Shown one piece after another: positions 28,601-28,777 of a stretch of DNA of 28,777 bases. Under the pieces are notes generated by a model, which made no database searches, was not told the DNA's origin, and worked only from the letters and a program-made list of their open reading frames with translations. Within the stretch, counting starts at the first letter, position 1. The number at the start of each line of letters is the position of its first letter. A program made the position numbers and the translations under genes. This DNA is from an uncultured bacterium (lineage in GTDB: Bacteria; Acidobacteriota; Thermoanaerobaculia; Multivoradales; JAHZIX01): NCBI GenBank assembly GCA_965368975.1, contig CBDUPA010000039.1, positions 1 to 28,777 on the forward strand, given 5' to 3'.

Positions 28601-28777
28601 CCGCCGAGCGTCACCAGCTGCTGCGCGAATGGAACCCGGTCGCCAAGGCACACCCCGCGACCGCATACCGCGAGTCCTCCCACGACTCGATCCCCGCCCG
28701 CGTTGCCGCACAGCTCTCCCATGGCAACGGAGAGCGCATCGCCCTCGTCCATGGACGCCAGCACCTCAGCTACAGCG
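13648..28777 (+). CDS. Giant multimodular NRPS, 3'-truncated by the window: A-T-C-A-T-C-A-T-C-A-NMT-T-C-(A...), >5040 aa
   Basis: In-frame stop at 13633-13635, SD AAGGGAG and ATG at 13648 (MSSVDMPL). The same frame carries TSGSTG at about 14221, 17647, 21070 and 24364, GGHSL at about 15466, 18871, 22291 and 27034, and HHxxxD at about 16096, 19465, 22933 and 27682. It is absent from the ORF track, consistent with no stop. Confidence 0.95.
   Translation, partial: [5043 protein letters not shown]
14146..14193 (+). repeat. 12-nt imperfect tandem repeat x4 ([16 protein letters not shown]) in an A-domain loop
   Basis: CACGGGCCACAG GACGAGCCACAG GACGGGCCACAT CACGAACCACAC, just before the A3 motif. 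Confidence 0.8.
20510..22150 (+). other. NRPS2 module 3 A domain, predicted glycine
   Basis: [21 protein letters not shown] and [12 protein letters not shown] give the code DILQLGLVWK by eye, matching the established Gly code DILQLGLIWK at 9/10. Confidence 0.85.
20815..20874 (+). repeat. 15-nt tandem repeat GTTCAGACAGGCGCA x3 plus one degenerate copy (VQTGA)
   Basis: Three perfect adjacent copies in frame in the module 3 A-domain loop. Confidence 0.95.
23930..25320 (+). other. NRPS2 module 4 A domain core, predicted threonine
   Basis: [24 protein letters not shown] and [11 protein letters not shown] give DFWNIGMVHK, the established Thr code. Confidence 0.9.
24268..24300 (+). repeat. GTAG-led palindrome (REP-like) inside the NRPS2 coding sequence
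   Basis: GTAGGGGCGGCACCCCA-CGG-TGGGGTGCCCCTA: perfect 9-bp stem extendable to 13 bp with a 3-nt bulge. Confidence 0.55.
25390..26750 (+). other. SAM-dependent N-methyltransferase embedded between A8 and A9 of module 4
   Basis: [59 protein letters not shown]. The A domain resumes with [25 protein letters not shown]. Confidence 0.92.

Noticed and set aside
6123-28764. Numerous overlapping ORFs (e.g. 10158..11756 +, 12019..13524 -, 21616..23052 -, 22731..24722 +)
   Set aside because: Alternative-frame or antisense shadows of the two NRPS genes; Arg/Pro/Ala-rich or mirror translations without motifs.
13648-28777. NRPS2 as a fragmented pseudogene because it is missing from the ORF track
   Set aside because: All sampled core motifs fall in one frame; the omission is explained by the lack of a stop before the window end.

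Overview
GC-rich bacterial window with two blocks. The left block (1-4.4 kb, minus strand) is a partial phosphate-starvation locus: a TPR-like gene, phoU, pstB and an OprO/OprP-like porin, with Pho-box-like 11-bp repeats upstream of phoU and of the porin. It also holds a decayed outer-membrane beta-barrel (DUF481-like) gene fragment and a 48-nt scar fusing the start of phoU to the end of pstB. The right block (4.6 kb to end, plus strand) is the edge of a large NRPS cluster: a CPBP/CAAX intramembrane protease, a 2478-aa NRPS (leader-C-A-T-tail-C-A-T-tail), and a second NRPS. The second NRPS starts at 13648, is missing from the ORF track because it has no stop in the window (>5040 aa), and reads A-T, C-A-T, C-A(Gly)-T, C-A(Thr)-NMT-T, C-A... 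No TE, E or KS domain is visible. Short in-frame tandem micro-duplications recur in protein loops and at translation starts. All family calls, motifs and A-domain codes were read by eye; no database searches were run.
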